From a bacterium (lineage in GTDB: Bacteria; SZUA-182; DTGQ01; JAFGSM01): a stretch of 47,388 nucleotides of DNA. The translations under genes were made by a program, and so were the position numbers. The notes under the pieces are model-generated. The model made no database searches. It worked only from the letters and a program-made list of their open reading frames with translations, and had not been told where the DNA came from. Every line of letters begins with the position of its first letter. Positions within the stretch are counted from its first letter, which is position 1. The DNA lies in NCBI GenBank assembly GCA_049472315.1, contig JBLIRN010000008.1, positions 1 to 47,388 on the forward strand, given 5' to 3'. This document shows positions 1 to 10,349 of the stretch, piece by piece.

Positions 1-204
1 ACCCCGCTCTACAATATCCCCTCCCAGCTCGTGTATGCCGCTTCAGGCCTCGACGTGGACACGGTCATCATAAACGGGGAGGTCCTCCTTGCCGACCGCA
101 GGTTCACCCGCTGCGATCCGCAGGAGATCATGGACGAGGTCAAGCGATGGGCTCGAACCATCCGCAAAGAAATCCTCATACCGGCATTGCATGCCCAACC
201 CTGA
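1..204 (+). CDS. 3' end of an amidohydrolase (MtaD/DadD-like) paralogue, truncated by the window edge
   Basis: Frame 1 reads TPLYNIPSQLVYAASGLDVDTVIINGEVLLADRRFTRCDPQEIMDEVKRWARTIRKEILIPALHAQP-TGA (stop 202-204). Nt 1-152 match 1360-1511 of the next gene with 1 mismatch. Confidence 0.85.
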   Translation, partial: TPLYNIPSQLVYAASGLDVDTVIINGEVLLADRRFTRCDPQEIMDEVKRWARTIRKEILIPALHAQP

Positions 205-213
205 AGGAACGGA

Positions 214-1563
214 ATGGGTGCTGACACAACACTGCTCATCCATGGCGGTACCATCATGACGATGTCCCCTGCATTGGGGACCATCGAACAGGGGTATATC
301 GTATGCAAGGGCGGAAAAATCTCGGAAATCGGCAGGGGGCCGTACACCCCGCCCGAATCGCCTGAAACGGAACGCATCAATGCGGCAGGGAAACTTGTCC
401 TTCCCGGGCTGATCAACACCCACACCCATGCACCCATGTCCCTGCTCGGGGGGATTGCCGACGACCTCCCCCTGATGGAATGGCTCAACCGGTACATCTT
501 TCCCCTGGAGGCACGTGTCATGTCACCCGATTTCGTCTACGTCGGGACACTGCTGGCGGGGCTCTCCATGGTACGCTCAGGCACCACCACCGCAGGGGAC
601 GGCTATTTCTTCGAACACGATGCAGCCAGGGCTTTACGCGACCTGGGCATACGGGGGGTCATGGCACAGGGCGTCATCGATTTTCCGAACCCCCAGTATC
701 AAACCCCCCAGGAAGGATTTCAGAGAATCGAGGAATTCATCCGCCGATGGAGCGGATCGCCGCTCATCAGGCCCGCCCTGTTCTGCCATTCTCCCTATAC
801 CTGCTCTCCGGAGTCCCTTACCTATGCCCACAGATTATCCCTCGACACCGGGGTGACCTCCATGGTCCACCTTGCGGAGACCCGCGACGAGGTTGAGCAG
901 ATACGGCAGCGGTACGGCACCACCCCGGTGCGGCACATGGAGCGGCTGGGGATACTGGGGCCTCAGGTGCTTGCCGTGCACTGCGTATGGCTCGACGAGG
1001 AGGAGATCCGGATCCTGGCCGACCACCAGGTGAAGGTAGCCCACTGCCCGGAGAGCAACATGAAGCTCGCCGCAGGGATCGCCCCCGTCCCCGCCCTCCT
1101 CAGGGCAGGGGTGACCGTGGGCCTGGGCACGGACGGATGCGCCAGCAACAACAATCTGGACATGTTCCAGGAGATGGACATGGCAGCAAAGCTGCACAAG
1201 GTGGCCACCGGTGATCCCACGGTCATGGATGCCCCCACGGTGCTCGCCATGGCCACCACCGAGGCGGCGCGGGCACTGGGGCTTGCGGATGAAATCGGAT
1301 CGCTCGAGCCGGGCAAACGGGCGGATATCATATGCCTGGATCTCAACCAGCCCCACCTCACCCCGCTCTACAATATCCCCTCCCAGCTCGTGTATGCCGC
1401 TTCAGGCCTCGACGTGGACACGGTCATCATAAACGGGGAGGTCCTCCTTGCCGACCGCAGGTTCACCCGCTGCGATCCGCAGGAGATCATGGACGAGGCC
1501 AAGCGATGGGCAGGAACGGTTGCACAGGGGACATCCACCCTGTATTCATTTTCATCGCCATGA
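214..1563 (+). CDS. mtaD: 5-methylthioadenosine/S-adenosylhomocysteine deaminase family amidohydrolase
   Basis: PGLINTHTH metal motif, HSPYTC, HLAET, HCPESNMKLAAG, GLGTDGCASNNNLDM, GSLEPGKRAD. Confidence 0.88.
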   Translation: MGADTTLLIHGGTIMTMSPALGTIEQGYIVCKGGKISEIGRGPYTPPESPETERINAAGKLVLPGLINTHTHAPMSLLGGIADDLPLMEWLNRYIFPLEARVMSPDFVYVGTLLAGLSMVRSGTTTAGDGYFFEHDAARALRDLGIRGVMAQGVIDFPNPQYQTPQEGFQRIEEFIRRWSGSPLIRPALFCHSPYTCSPESLTYAHRLSLDTGVTSMVHLAETRDEVEQIRQRYGTTPVRHMERLGILGPQVLAVHCVWLDEEEIRILADHQVKVAHCPESNMKLAAGIAPVPALLRAGVTVGLGTDGCASNNNLDMFQEMDMAAKLHKVATGDPTVMDAPTVLAMATTEAARALGLADEIGSLEPGKRADIICLDLNQPHLTPLYNIPSQLVYAASGLDVDTVIINGEVLLADRRFTRCDPQEIMDEAKRWAGTVAQGTSTLYSFSSP

Positions 1564-1904
1564 TGGGATGAAATGGCGTAGTATCGTACTATCTCAATAT
1601 AGCTTTCTCCAGCCACGGAAAAAGCCCTGCGCTTCTTGGTTGCAAAACAGGTGTATCGTATATAATTTATTCGCGTGTATAGGGATTATACGCCATGGAT
1701 CAGCTAAGGGATTTTAAATTATATTTATTATAATTCAGGTAATATTTTTTCTTTATACTATACAAATAATGCCCGTCACCTCTACCATTCCTTCACCACA
1801 CCAGCGATTGGCAACCCTATCCCCCGCATAGAAAAACCGCCATAAATTCTTATTATCATATTGATTTACCTTGTTTTTATGGGCAAAGCACCGTGCATTC
1901 TATC

Positions 1905-1920
1905 AGGCACGGCTTATGCT
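1905..1920 (+). promoter_or_regulatory. sigma54 -24/-12 promoter candidate
   Basis: AGGCAC-GGCTT-ATGCT: GG and GC at canonical spacing, about 145 nt before the ORF at 2064. IHF-like site (AATCAATATGATA on minus strand) near 1854-1866. Confidence 0.6.
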
Positions 1921-2063
1921 ATGACAACATGATATACCGAAGATGTTTGTATTGCACCGTTATGGGGATCGAAGGAGATAAGGAGGGAGAGACCGGACAC
2001 ATAGTAAAAATTTAAAAAGCCTTGCATTAATATAATTAAAATAGAGGTAAAGGAGGCATAGAG

Positions 2064-2573
2064 GTGAGTAAGACATACTGTAAACATGGTGGAATCCACA
2101 CAACGATGGTCTTTTTGCTCATTATCGGAGGGCTTTTATTCATTCTCATCGGCAGTGGGGGAGCACAGGCACAGTATCTTCCTTCATTTTTCAACCCGTA
2201 CTGGTCGCCGGCGCCGAGTGTATTTTCCTTTCCCTTTGCACCGTTTTCCTTCTCATCCTTCTATACCGGTTTTTCACCGATAAACCCCTTTCTTTCCTCT
2301 ATCACGCCGTTGGGATTTCCTGCGGCCCCTGCGCCTGTTACGCCGAGCGCCTCCATACTGGGCGGCCTGATCCCATTTCCTCCGCTCCCCGTGGCAACCA
2401 TTGCAGGTACCACCATAACCGCTCCGACAACCATCACCGAGGTGGAATTGAGGATATGGCTGGAAGGGCCACCCTTGAGCCTTGTCTTACCGGTACCGAC
2501 GACGATCTACATCGTACCGCAGGCAACGGCATCCGGGCTGCTCATTCGCCCGCCCACCTTACCAATAATATGA
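2064..2573 (+). CDS. Secreted Pro/Phe/Ser-rich low-complexity protein
   Basis: AAGGAGG RBS before GTG; hydrophobic stretch then AQA|QY signal-peptide cleavage; F/P/S-rich body; followed by a terminator. Confidence 0.75.
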   Translation: MSKTYCKHGGIHTTMVFLLIIGGLLFILIGSGGAQAQYLPSFFNPYWSPAPSVFSFPFAPFSFSSFYTGFSPINPFLSSITPLGFPAAPAPVTPSASILGGLIPFPPLPVATIAGTTITAPTTITEVELRIWLEGPPLSLVLPVPTTIYIVPQATASGLLIRPPTLPII

Positions 2574-2597
2574 ACATCATGTGAATTGGAATAAGCT

Positions 2598-2630
2598 TGC
2601 GCCTCCTGCGGTTGGCAGGAGGCGCATTTT
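2598..2630 (+). terminator. Rho-independent terminator
   Basis: TGCGCCTCCTGC-ggttg-GCAGGAGGCGCA then TTTT. Confidence 0.85.
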
Positions 2631-2835
2631 CATTCCAGGATTCTTTCGTTTCCATAAATATGCCTGCCGATGACGACACAATGCATGAATCATAATTGCA
2701 GAACCCTGCCCCCTGCCCCCCTTGACTTGACAAGACACGGTATGTGGGGTTACATTAATTAAATTGTGCGAGATTTCATAATCCCCGATCGAAAAAATGG
2801 TAAAAACTGAACGGTAACAATGAGGAGAATGCAGG

Positions 2836-4923
2836 ATGAAAGAATATCAACCGGATAAGATCAGGAGCATCGGGTTCATATCGCATAGCGGGGACGGGAA
2901 GACCTCCCTGGGTGAAGCAATCCTCTTTGACACCAAGAGTGTCAATCGATTGGGGAAGGTTGATGAGGAGACCTCCAACCTTGATTATGATCCCGATGAG
3001 ATCTCCAGAAAAATCACTGTAAACGCAACCCCGACCTTCTGTGAATGGAATAAAAATAAAATCAATATAATAGACACACCCGGCGATGTCAATTTCATCA
3101 CCGACACAAAGGGAGCGCTCAGGGTGCTCGACGGGGCGGTGCTCGTGATGAGTGCCGTTGATGGGGTGAAGGTCCAGACGGAGACCGTATGGGGGTTCAC
3201 CAGGGATTATCAGATCCCCTGTATCATATTCATCAATAAGATGGACAGAGAGCGGGCCGACCTCTTCAGGACCTTGGAGGACATAAAGGGGGTCGAGGGA
3301 ATGCATCCCCTCCTGCTCCAGGTACCGATCGGGGCAGAGCATGAATTCAAAGGGGTGGTGGATTTACTCACCCGAAAGGCACATATATACAAGGAAGCGG
3401 AAACGGGAGAATTTCAGATCGCCGAATGCCCCGAGGAATTGAAGGAGACCGTGGAGAACTATCGAAACGAGATGATAGAGACCATTGCGGAGACATCCGA
3501 TGCACTCGTGGAGAAGTATCTGGAGGAAGGCGCGCTGAGCGATGAAGAGATTTTGAGCGGCCTCAAGGACGGGGTGCAGCGGTGCCTTTTCGCCCCGGTT
3601 GTATGCGGCTCCGCACTGAAGAATGTCGGTGTCCAGCCCCTTCTGGACACAATCGTCGACCTGTTTCCCTCCCCTGTCGACCTGCCTCCCTTGAAGGGCA
3701 AGGATTCCAATGGTACAGAGGTCACGCGGGAGCGGAGCCTGGAAGCACCCTTTTCCGCCTTTGTCTATAAAACCATCGCCGATCCCTATGCAGGAAAATT
3801 GACCCTGTTCAGGGTCTATTCGGGGAGCCTCTCCTCCGATTCCCAGATATATAATGCAGTGCAAAAGGTGAAGGAAAAGATCGGACAGATCCTTGTCCTG
3901 GACGGGAAGAACAATCATCCGGTGCCACGGGTGAATGTGGGGGACATTGCAGCACTCCCGAAACTGAAGGCCACCACAACCGGCGACACGCTCTGTGATG
4001 AGGGCGCCCCGATCATTTATCCCCCGATCGACTACCCCACCCCTGTCATATCCTATGCGATCGAACCCAAGACCAAGGGGGATGATGAAAAGATAAGCAC
4101 CGCCCTTACAAAGCTCTGCGAAGAGGATCCCACCCTCAAGATCTCCCGTGATTCCCAGACCAAGGAGTTCATCATCTCCGGCATGGGCCAGATCCATATC
4201 GAGGTGACCGTGGATCGTATGAAGCGAAAATTCGGGGCGGAGGTCAACATCAAGACGCCGAAGGTTCCGTACAAGGAGACAATAAAGGGGAAAACAAAGA
4301 TACAGGGGAAATACAAGAGGCAGTCCGGAGGGCGTGGCCAGTATGGTGACACCTGGCTGGAGATCGAGCCCCTTCCGCGCGGGGGAGGGTTCGAGTTCGT
4401 GGATAAGATCGTGGGCGGGGTAGTGCCCCGGCAGTATATACCGGCAGTGGAAAAGGGCATCATCGGGGCAATGGAAGAGGGCATCCTGGCCGGCTTTCCC
4501 GTAACCGATGTAAAGGTTACCCTGTATGACGGCTCGTATCACTCGGTGGATTCCTCGGAGATGGCCTTTAAGATCGCCGCGTCCATGGGTTTCAAAAAGG
4601 GATTCATGGAATGTAATCCCATGCTCCTGGAGCCCATTATGAATGTCACGGTGGTGGTTCCCGAGGAGTGCATGGGGGATGTGATCGGTGACCTCAACTC
4701 CAAGCGCGGCCGTGTCATGGGCATGGATACGCAGGGGAAGAACCAGGTCATCAAGGCACAGGCCCCCATGGCAGAAATGTTGAAGTACATGCCGGATCTC
4801 AAATCCATTACCGGCGGCAGGGGAATGTATACCATGGAATTTTCCCATTATGATGAGGTTCCCGCGCATTTAGTCGAAAAGATAATTGCGGAATTCAAGA
4901 AGGAAAAGACGGAAGAATCATAG
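2836..4923 (+). CDS. fusA: Elongation factor G, divergent second paralogue (EF-G2 type)
   Basis: Full EF-G architecture (NKMD, GMGQIHIEV, YKRQSGGRGQYG, DGSYHSVDSSEMAF, LLEPIM). Altered G motifs SHSGDGKTS, RKIT, DTPGD. Not in an rpsL-rpsG context. Confidence 0.92.
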   Translation: MKEYQPDKIRSIGFISHSGDGKTSLGEAILFDTKSVNRLGKVDEETSNLDYDPDEISRKITVNATPTFCEWNKNKINIIDTPGDVNFITDTKGALRVLDGAVLVMSAVDGVKVQTETVWGFTRDYQIPCIIFINKMDRERADLFRTLEDIKGVEGMHPLLLQVPIGAEHEFKGVVDLLTRKAHIYKEAETGEFQIAECPEELKETVENYRNEMIETIAETSDALVEKYLEEGALSDEEILSGLKDGVQRCLFAPVVCGSALKNVGVQPLLDTIVDLFPSPVDLPPLKGKDSNGTEVTRERSLEAPFSAFVYKTIADPYAGKLTLFRVYSGSLSSDSQIYNAVQKVKEKIGQILVLDGKNNHPVPRVNVGDIAALPKLKATTTGDTLCDEGAPIIYPPIDYPTPVISYAIEPKTKGDDEKISTALTKLCEEDPTLKISRDSQTKEFIISGMGQIHIEVTVDRMKRKFGAEVNIKTPKVPYKETIKGKTKIQGKYKRQSGGRGQYGDTWLEIEPLPRGGGFEFVDKIVGGVVPRQYIPAVEKGIIGAMEEGILAGFPVTDVKVTLYDGSYHSVDSSEMAFKIAASMGFKKGFMECNPMLLEPIMNVTVVVPEECMGDVIGDLNSKRGRVMGMDTQGKNQVIKAQAPMAEMLKYMPDLKSITGGRGMYTMEFSHYDEVPAHLVEKIIAEFKKEKTEES

Positions 4924-4935
4924 AAGGAGACAGGT

Positions 4936-5679
4936 ATGTCAGGTCATTCGAAATGGCACTCCATCAAGCATAAAAAGGCTGCGGTGGATGCCAAAAGGGG
5001 AAAGGCGTTCAGCAAGGTAATCAAAGAGATCACGGTGGCCGCCAGGCTCGGTGGCAGTGACCCTACAGGAAATCCGCGTCTGAGATCAGCCCTTCAAAAT
5101 GCCAAGGCCGTCAATATGCCCCAGGACAATATTACAAGGGCAATCAAGAAGGGGACCGGGGAACTTCCCGGGGTCCACTACGAAGAGGTGACCTACGAGG
5201 GGTATGGACCGGGGGGCGTTGCATTGATGGTGGAGGTATTCACCGATAACAAGAATCGAACGGTTGCCGATATCAGACACATCTTTTCCAAGCACAACGG
5301 TAACCTGGGTGAAACAGGCTGCGTCGCATGGATGTTCAATAAAAAGGGGCTCATCATACTCCCCGCGGATAAGGTGAGCGAGGACCAACTGATGGAGGTG
5401 GCACTCGATGCAGGCGCCGAGGATATAACGCGGGAGGACAAAAACTACGAGGTCACCACCGACCCTGAGTCAATGGAGACGGTCAAGGAGGCCCTTGAGC
5501 AGGCGGGCTTCCCCATAATCGAGGCCTCGGTTACCATGATTCCCCAGTCCACCATCAAGCTCGAGGGGAAGCACGCGGTACAGATGCTCAAGATGATGGA
5601 CTCCCTTGAGGATCATGAGGATGTGCAGAATGTCTACGCGAACTTCGATATTGACGAAGATGTAATGAATTCCATGTAA
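4936..5679 (+). CDS. yebC: YebC/PmpR family protein
   Basis: [38 protein letters not shown]; conserved position before ruvC. Confidence 0.97.
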   Translation: MSGHSKWHSIKHKKAAVDAKRGKAFSKVIKEITVAARLGGSDPTGNPRLRSALQNAKAVNMPQDNITRAIKKGTGELPGVHYEEVTYEGYGPGGVALMVEVFTDNKNRTVADIRHIFSKHNGNLGETGCVAWMFNKKGLIILPADKVSEDQLMEVALDAGAEDITREDKNYEVTTDPESMETVKEALEQAGFPIIEASVTMIPQSTIKLEGKHAVQMLKMMDSLEDHEDVQNVYANFDIDEDVMNSM

Positions 5680-6218
5680 TGGCGGAAATCCTTTCCTATT
5701 CCGTCCTGGGTCTTGATCCGGGGCTCAATTGCACGGGCTACTGCCTTCTTCGCATCAGACCTGAGGGCTATGGGCTGGTGAACTGCGGGACCTTTCGCAC
5801 CTCCTGCTCGTCCCCGCTTTCCCTTCGTTTGAAGGCGATTTGTTCACGTCTTGAAGAGGTGCTCACTGGCTACCATCCCGATGAGGCCGCATTGGAAGAG
5901 ACCTTCATGGCGCAAAACGCCCGATCCGCCCTTCTCCTGGGGCATATACGGGGTGCACTCCTCCTGACCGTATCCCGCTTCGATATACCCGTTTTCGAGT
6001 ACAGTCCCAGGGAGATGAAAAAGGCGGTGGTCGGGTACGGCGCCGCGAGCAAGGAGCAGGTGCGGTCAATGCTCCCTCACCTTCTCCGCACCCCAATCGA
6101 ACAATACCCCCTCGATGCCACCGATGCCATAGGCGTTGCCATCTGTCACGTTCACGCGCACCATAACAGGATAACACAGGCGGATGATCGCGCATCTAAC
6201 AGGAACGCTCAGTTATAA
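5679..6218 (+). CDS. ruvC: Holliday junction resolvase RuvC
   Basis: LGLDPG, LEETF, KKAVVGYGAASKEQV, DATDAIGVAICH. Confidence 0.96.
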   Translation: MAEILSYSVLGLDPGLNCTGYCLLRIRPEGYGLVNCGTFRTSCSSPLSLRLKAICSRLEEVLTGYHPDEAALEETFMAQNARSALLLGHIRGALLLTVSRFDIPVFEYSPREMKKAVVGYGAASKEQVRSMLPHLLRTPIEQYPLDATDAIGVAICHVHAHHNRITQADDRASNRNAQL

Positions 6219-6795
6219 ATCGCCGGAATACATCGTGCTGGATGTCCACGGCGTAGGCTATGGGCTCTTTGTCACCCTGTATACCTTTTACGAGCTTCCG
6301 GACTGTGGGGCGCAAACCACCCTTTTCACCTATACCCATGTTCGTGAGGATGCCCTGCAACTTTACGGATTCCTTACCGAAGAGGAGCGAGCGGTTTTTC
6401 AACACCTCATCAGCGTCAACAAGATCGGGCCTAAGCTTGCCAGAAACATCCTCTCCAGGCTCTCCGTTACCGATCTCACCTCCGCGATTCTGCACGCCGA
6501 CTCATGCAGGATCAATGCGATACCCGGCATCGGTGAAAAGACGGCACAACGTCTCATAATCGAGCTCAGGGATAAGATCGCCCGCCAGGATACCCAGGTA
6601 CCGGTCATGCCTCAGGGAGTCCCCTCCGCAGACAGGGATTCCCTGTTTACGGATGCCGTTTCAGCCCTGATCAACCTGGGATACCCCAAGAACAAGGCGG
6701 AGAAAACCGTACGATCCTGCCTTACCCAACGATCCGACGATCCCTGGACCCTGGGTGACATCATCAAACATTCCCTGGACCTGATTACCCGCTGA
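6184..6795 (+). CDS. ruvA: Holliday junction branch migration protein RuvA
   Basis: MIAHLTG, DVHGVGY, VREDALQLYGF, HhH motifs IGPKLA and PGIGEKTA, C-terminal ALINLGY. Confidence 0.96.
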   Translation: MIAHLTGTLSYKSPEYIVLDVHGVGYGLFVTLYTFYELPDCGAQTTLFTYTHVREDALQLYGFLTEEERAVFQHLISVNKIGPKLARNILSRLSVTDLTSAILHADSCRINAIPGIGEKTAQRLIIELRDKIARQDTQVPVMPQGVPSADRDSLFTDAVSALINLGYPKNKAEKTVRSCLTQRSDDPWTLGDIIKHSLDLITR

Positions 6796-6995
6796 GGGCT
6801 TCGTCCTGTATTCCCCGTTTATGTTTATGAATGCGCAGGTGCGCAAGTTGCATTATGCCACGCAATGGGCTACCATACACTCAATCGGGGACTCCGGACA
6901 GTTATGTTCCACAGGGCATCATAATACGGATGATATGAGCTCCTTGCAGTGTTGTCACATGGTAATTGCTCTTTATCGTGCGGGAAGGGGGTGTG

Positions 6996-7100
6996 GCAAC
7001 AAAACTTGTTAGGCGCAGCGAAGCGAAGCACTATGCTGCCCTCTGAAGTCGGTGAAGGGCCTGGGAACCAAACTTGTTAGGCGAAGCGCGCAGCTACGCC
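6996..7100. repeat. Two imperfect tandem copies of a ~40 bp dispersed repeat (third copy at 37068-37110)
   Basis: GCAACAAAACTTGTTAGGCGCAGCGAAGCGAAGCACTATGC (6996-7036) and GAACCAAACTTGTTAGGCGAAGCGCGCAGCTACGCC (7065-7100). Confidence 0.7.
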
Positions 7101-7152
7101 ACATGGATGCAACGAGAATATATTATATCCAGAGAGGACGAAGAGAGACCGT

Positions 7153-8181
7153 ATGCAAGAAGGTAGTGATGATCGCTTGATAGGCAATACATTCCGGGAA
7201 GAGGATTTGGGCCTTGACGTTACGCTGCGCCCGAAGAATTTTGATGAATACATCGGGCAGCAAACGGTCAAGGAGAACCTCGCCATATTCATCGAGGCGG
7301 CAAAAAGGAGGGGTGAATCTCTTGACCACAGCCTGTTTCATGGACCTCCGGGAATCGGGAAGACGTCCCTCGCCTATATCATCGCCCGGGAAATGGGGGC
7401 ATCCATAAAGACCACCACCGGTCCCGCCATCGAGCGGGCGGGAGACCTGGCTGCCATCCTCTCCAACCTTCAGTGTCATGACATCCTGTTTATCGATGAA
7501 ATCCACCGCCTCAATCACACCGTAGAAGAGATCCTCTACCCCGCAATGGAGGAATTCAAGCTGGACCTCATTATCGGCCAGGGACCCAGCGCCCGCACCA
7601 TACGCATCGATCTTCCCCGCTTCACCCTCATCGGCGCCACCACCAGGGCGGGGCTCCTCACCTCACCCCTGAGGGACCGGTTCGGCGTCATATGCAGGCT
7701 GGAATTCTACACACCTGAAGAACTCTGCATGATCGTCAAGCGGTCAGCCGCCATTCTGAATGTCCCCATCAAGGAAAAGGGGGCAATCGAGATTGCCCGC
7801 AGATCACGCGGTACTCCCCGGATTTCCAATCGTCTCCTGAAGAGGGTCAGGGATTACGCCCAGGTAAAGGCAGACGGCATCATCACCAGGGAGGTGGCAG
7901 ACGAGGCCTTGAATGCCCTTGAGGTGGACGAAAAGGGTTTCGATAAGATGGACCGGAAACTCCTCCTCACCATCATCCAGAAGTTCAAGGGCGGGCCGGT
8001 AGGGGTTGAAACCCTCTCCGCATCAATAAACGAGGAACGCGACACCATCGAAGAGGTGTATGAACCCTACCTCATCCAGGAGGGATACCTGCATCGGACA
8101 CCCCGGGGAAGGGTTGCCACCCAGCTCGCATACAGTCACTTTGACATCGCCCCCACCGGAACGCAGGCCGGTTTGTGGTAG
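7153..8181 (+). CDS. ruvB: Holliday junction branch migration helicase RuvB
   Basis: [12 protein letters not shown], Walker [41 protein letters not shown]. Confidence 0.98.
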   Translation: MQEGSDDRLIGNTFREEDLGLDVTLRPKNFDEYIGQQTVKENLAIFIEAAKRRGESLDHSLFHGPPGIGKTSLAYIIAREMGASIKTTTGPAIERAGDLAAILSNLQCHDILFIDEIHRLNHTVEEILYPAMEEFKLDLIIGQGPSARTIRIDLPRFTLIGATTRAGLLTSPLRDRFGVICRLEFYTPEELCMIVKRSAAILNVPIKEKGAIEIARRSRGTPRISNRLLKRVRDYAQVKADGIITREVADEALNALEVDEKGFDKMDRKLLLTIIQKFKGGPVGVETLSASINEERDTIEEVYEPYLIQEGYLHRTPRGRVATQLAYSHFDIAPTGTQAGLW

Positions 8182-8254
8182 CGCAGAGCAGGTTCGTCTC
8201 GAATCCATTAGGTAAAGTCGACGTTATTGTATCACACAATCAACGCACATAAAT

Positions 8255-10327
8255 TCATTCACCCTTTGCCTGATCCCTCTGTTTTTCTCCTTCCTTGAAT
8301 TCCTCCAGCATCTTTTTCAGGGACTCCACCTTGACCTCAAAATCGCTGGTCAACTTCTCCACCTCCTCCTGGGTGGTGACCACGTGAGGGGTCATGAATA
8401 TGAGCAGTTCCGTTTTTTCCATCACATCCTTGGACCCGCCGAATAATTTCCCGATCACTGGTATGTCGGAGAAGAAGGGTATTCCGGTTTTTGATTTGCT
8501 CACCTTGTTCTGAATGAGCCCTCCGATGACGATGGTCTGCCCATCGCCGATCACGACCTTGGAGGTTGCCTCCCTCTTGTTGTATATCCCCTGTCCGGTA
8601 TCCTCATACTTCTCGGCAAACTCGCTCACCTCCTGCTTTATCTCCAGGGTGAGCAGGTTGCTCTCATTGATCTTGGGGGTGACATCCAGCTTCAGTCCGA
8701 CCTCCTTGTAATCGTAGGTCCTTTCAATCTGAGGGATCCCGGTGACACTGGTGATCTCCCGCTCCCTGGGCACCGGATACTGACGGGTGATGTTGATGGT
8801 TGCCTTTTGGTTGTCCAGGGCCATGATGTAGGGACTGGACATCACATTGAGATTGGTGATCTCATTGAGCTGCCTCATGAAGGCTACAAAGCGCTTGCTG
8901 TCGGTGATCAGTTTATATCCGAAGATATCGGTGAAGCTCTCGGCCCCGGCGGAGGTGGAAAGGTTTACACCTGCCAGATTGGCCCCCAATGATTGTTCTC
9001 GTCCCCGCAGATACCATCCGAGTCCGAATTCGGTTCTGTCCGTCAGGGTAACGTCTACGATCAACGCCTCGATCAGTGCCTGTTTGGGCATGATATCCAG
9101 TTTTTTTATCGTTTCGAGCACCGAGGGATAATTCCGCGGGGAGGTGACGATGATGAGGGCATTGATCTCCTTGTCCGCAGTGATCCTCACCTCGCCGCTT
9201 ACCTGCTCGGGAGCCACCATGGGGCCAAAGGGGGTTTGGACGATCTGCGGGGGCTCGGGCTGGGTCGGTGGTTGTTGATCCTTCTCACCGGTAAGGGGCG
9301 AGAAGGGAGACCATTTCGATTTATCCTTGTCCTTGTATATGCTGCTGAGGGTGCTGGCCAATTTATCCGCATCCCCGTTTTCCACGTAGTATACGTACAC
9401 CTTTTCCTTCGGCTGGTAAAGCGGCTTGTCCAGTTCCTGGACGAATTTCAGCAGGCGCTTGACGTTCGAGGAGAAGTCATTGATGATGAGGATGTTCAGG
9501 TCCTCGTGCGTGATCACCGGGGGCGCGGACTTGGACAAAAAGGGCTGCAGGATGTTTTGCATGTCCTTGACCGGTATGTAATCGAGGGGAATGATCTGGG
9601 TGATGAAGGTATCCTCGGAGGGGAGTTGCTCGCCCTCCTTGCCGGAAACCACCTTTATAGGATACTGCTTTGCCTCCTTGCCCGCCACCAGTTTAAAATA
9701 TCTTCCGGAGGGAACGAGGGTCAGGCCGTTTACCTCGAGCACCGATTGCAGGATCTGAAAGAGTTCCGATGCAGGCACCGGTTTTGAGGTCTGCATGGTT
9801 ATGGTGCCCTTGACACCTGGGGACATGATGAAATTCATGCCCAGGGTTTCACTGACCGCGTTGAGGATCTGGGCGATCGGCGCCTGTTCGAAATTGAGGG
9901 TGACGTATTCCTCCTCACCGCTCACGCCGAGGAGCTCCTCGCGTATCTCCTTGGGAAGCGTCTCACCACCTTCTTGTAGCGCCTCCTGCCGGGCCTTTTC
10001 AGGATCATACGGTTCGAATATGGGGACACTCCCCTTCTTCGCAACACCTTCAGTTCCCACCTTTGGGGTTGCCTCCACCTTCTTCTCCTTCGTATCGGGA
10101 ACCTCTTCAATATCCGTCAGGATAAGCGGACGTCTCCGCGCACCTTTTCCCTCTTCGGTGGCCGTCTGGTCCTCGGATGAAGCAATCCGCCTTCGAGAGG
10201 TTTCCACGCCGGTCATCATAGGCTGTGTCTCGGGCTTCGGCTGTGTACCCTTTTTCGGCAGGATTGCACATGAAGTCAGCCACAGAAATATACAGGGTAA
10301 AAGGAGCGATCTGATCAGATATTTCAT
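8255..10327 (-). CDS. gspD: Type II secretion secretin, lipoprotein-type
   Basis: Start re-assigned to MKYLIRS (GGAGG RBS); lipobox LTSC; N0 domain (VTLNFEQA); secretin domain GQTIVIGGLI...GIPFFSDIPVIGKLF...TELLIFMTPHVV. Confidence 0.93.
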   Translation of the reverse strand: MKYLIRSLLLPCIFLWLTSCAILPKKGTQPKPETQPMMTGVETSRRRIASSEDQTATEEGKGARRRPLILTDIEEVPDTKEKKVEATPKVGTEGVAKKGSVPIFEPYDPEKARQEALQEGGETLPKEIREELLGVSGEEEYVTLNFEQAPIAQILNAVSETLGMNFIMSPGVKGTITMQTSKPVPASELFQILQSVLEVNGLTLVPSGRYFKLVAGKEAKQYPIKVVSGKEGEQLPSEDTFITQIIPLDYIPVKDMQNILQPFLSKSAPPVITHEDLNILIINDFSSNVKRLLKFVQELDKPLYQPKEKVYVYYVENGDADKLASTLSSIYKDKDKSKWSPFSPLTGEKDQQPPTQPEPPQIVQTPFGPMVAPEQVSGEVRITADKEINALIIVTSPRNYPSVLETIKKLDIMPKQALIEALIVDVTLTDRTEFGLGWYLRGREQSLGANLAGVNLSTSAGAESFTDIFGYKLITDSKRFVAFMRQLNEITNLNVMSSPYIMALDNQKATINITRQYPVPREREITSVTGIPQIERTYDYKEVGLKLDVTPKINESNLLTLEIKQEVSEFAEKYEDTGQGIYNKREATSKVVIGDGQTIVIGGLIQNKVSKSKTGIPFFSDIPVIGKLFGGSKDVMEKTELLIFMTPHVVTTQEEVEKLTSDFEVKVESLKKMLEEFKEGEKQRDQAKGE

Positions 10328-10349
10328 ATATTGGTTCCTCCGTTCGAGA

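Noticed and set aside
3364..4869. 501-aa minus-strand ORF
   Set aside because: Antisense shadow of fusA with no recognisable motifs.
6994..7010. TGGCAACAAAACTTGT as a sigma54 promoter
   Set aside because: Spacing is one base too long and the -12 GC is absent.
7008..7082. GTTAGGC matches to the integron attC core (GTTRRRY)
   Set aside because: No matching RYYYAAC inverse core, no cassette ORFs and no integrase in the window.
6996..7100. Possible mini CRISPR array
   Set aside because: Only two divergent units and no cas genes.
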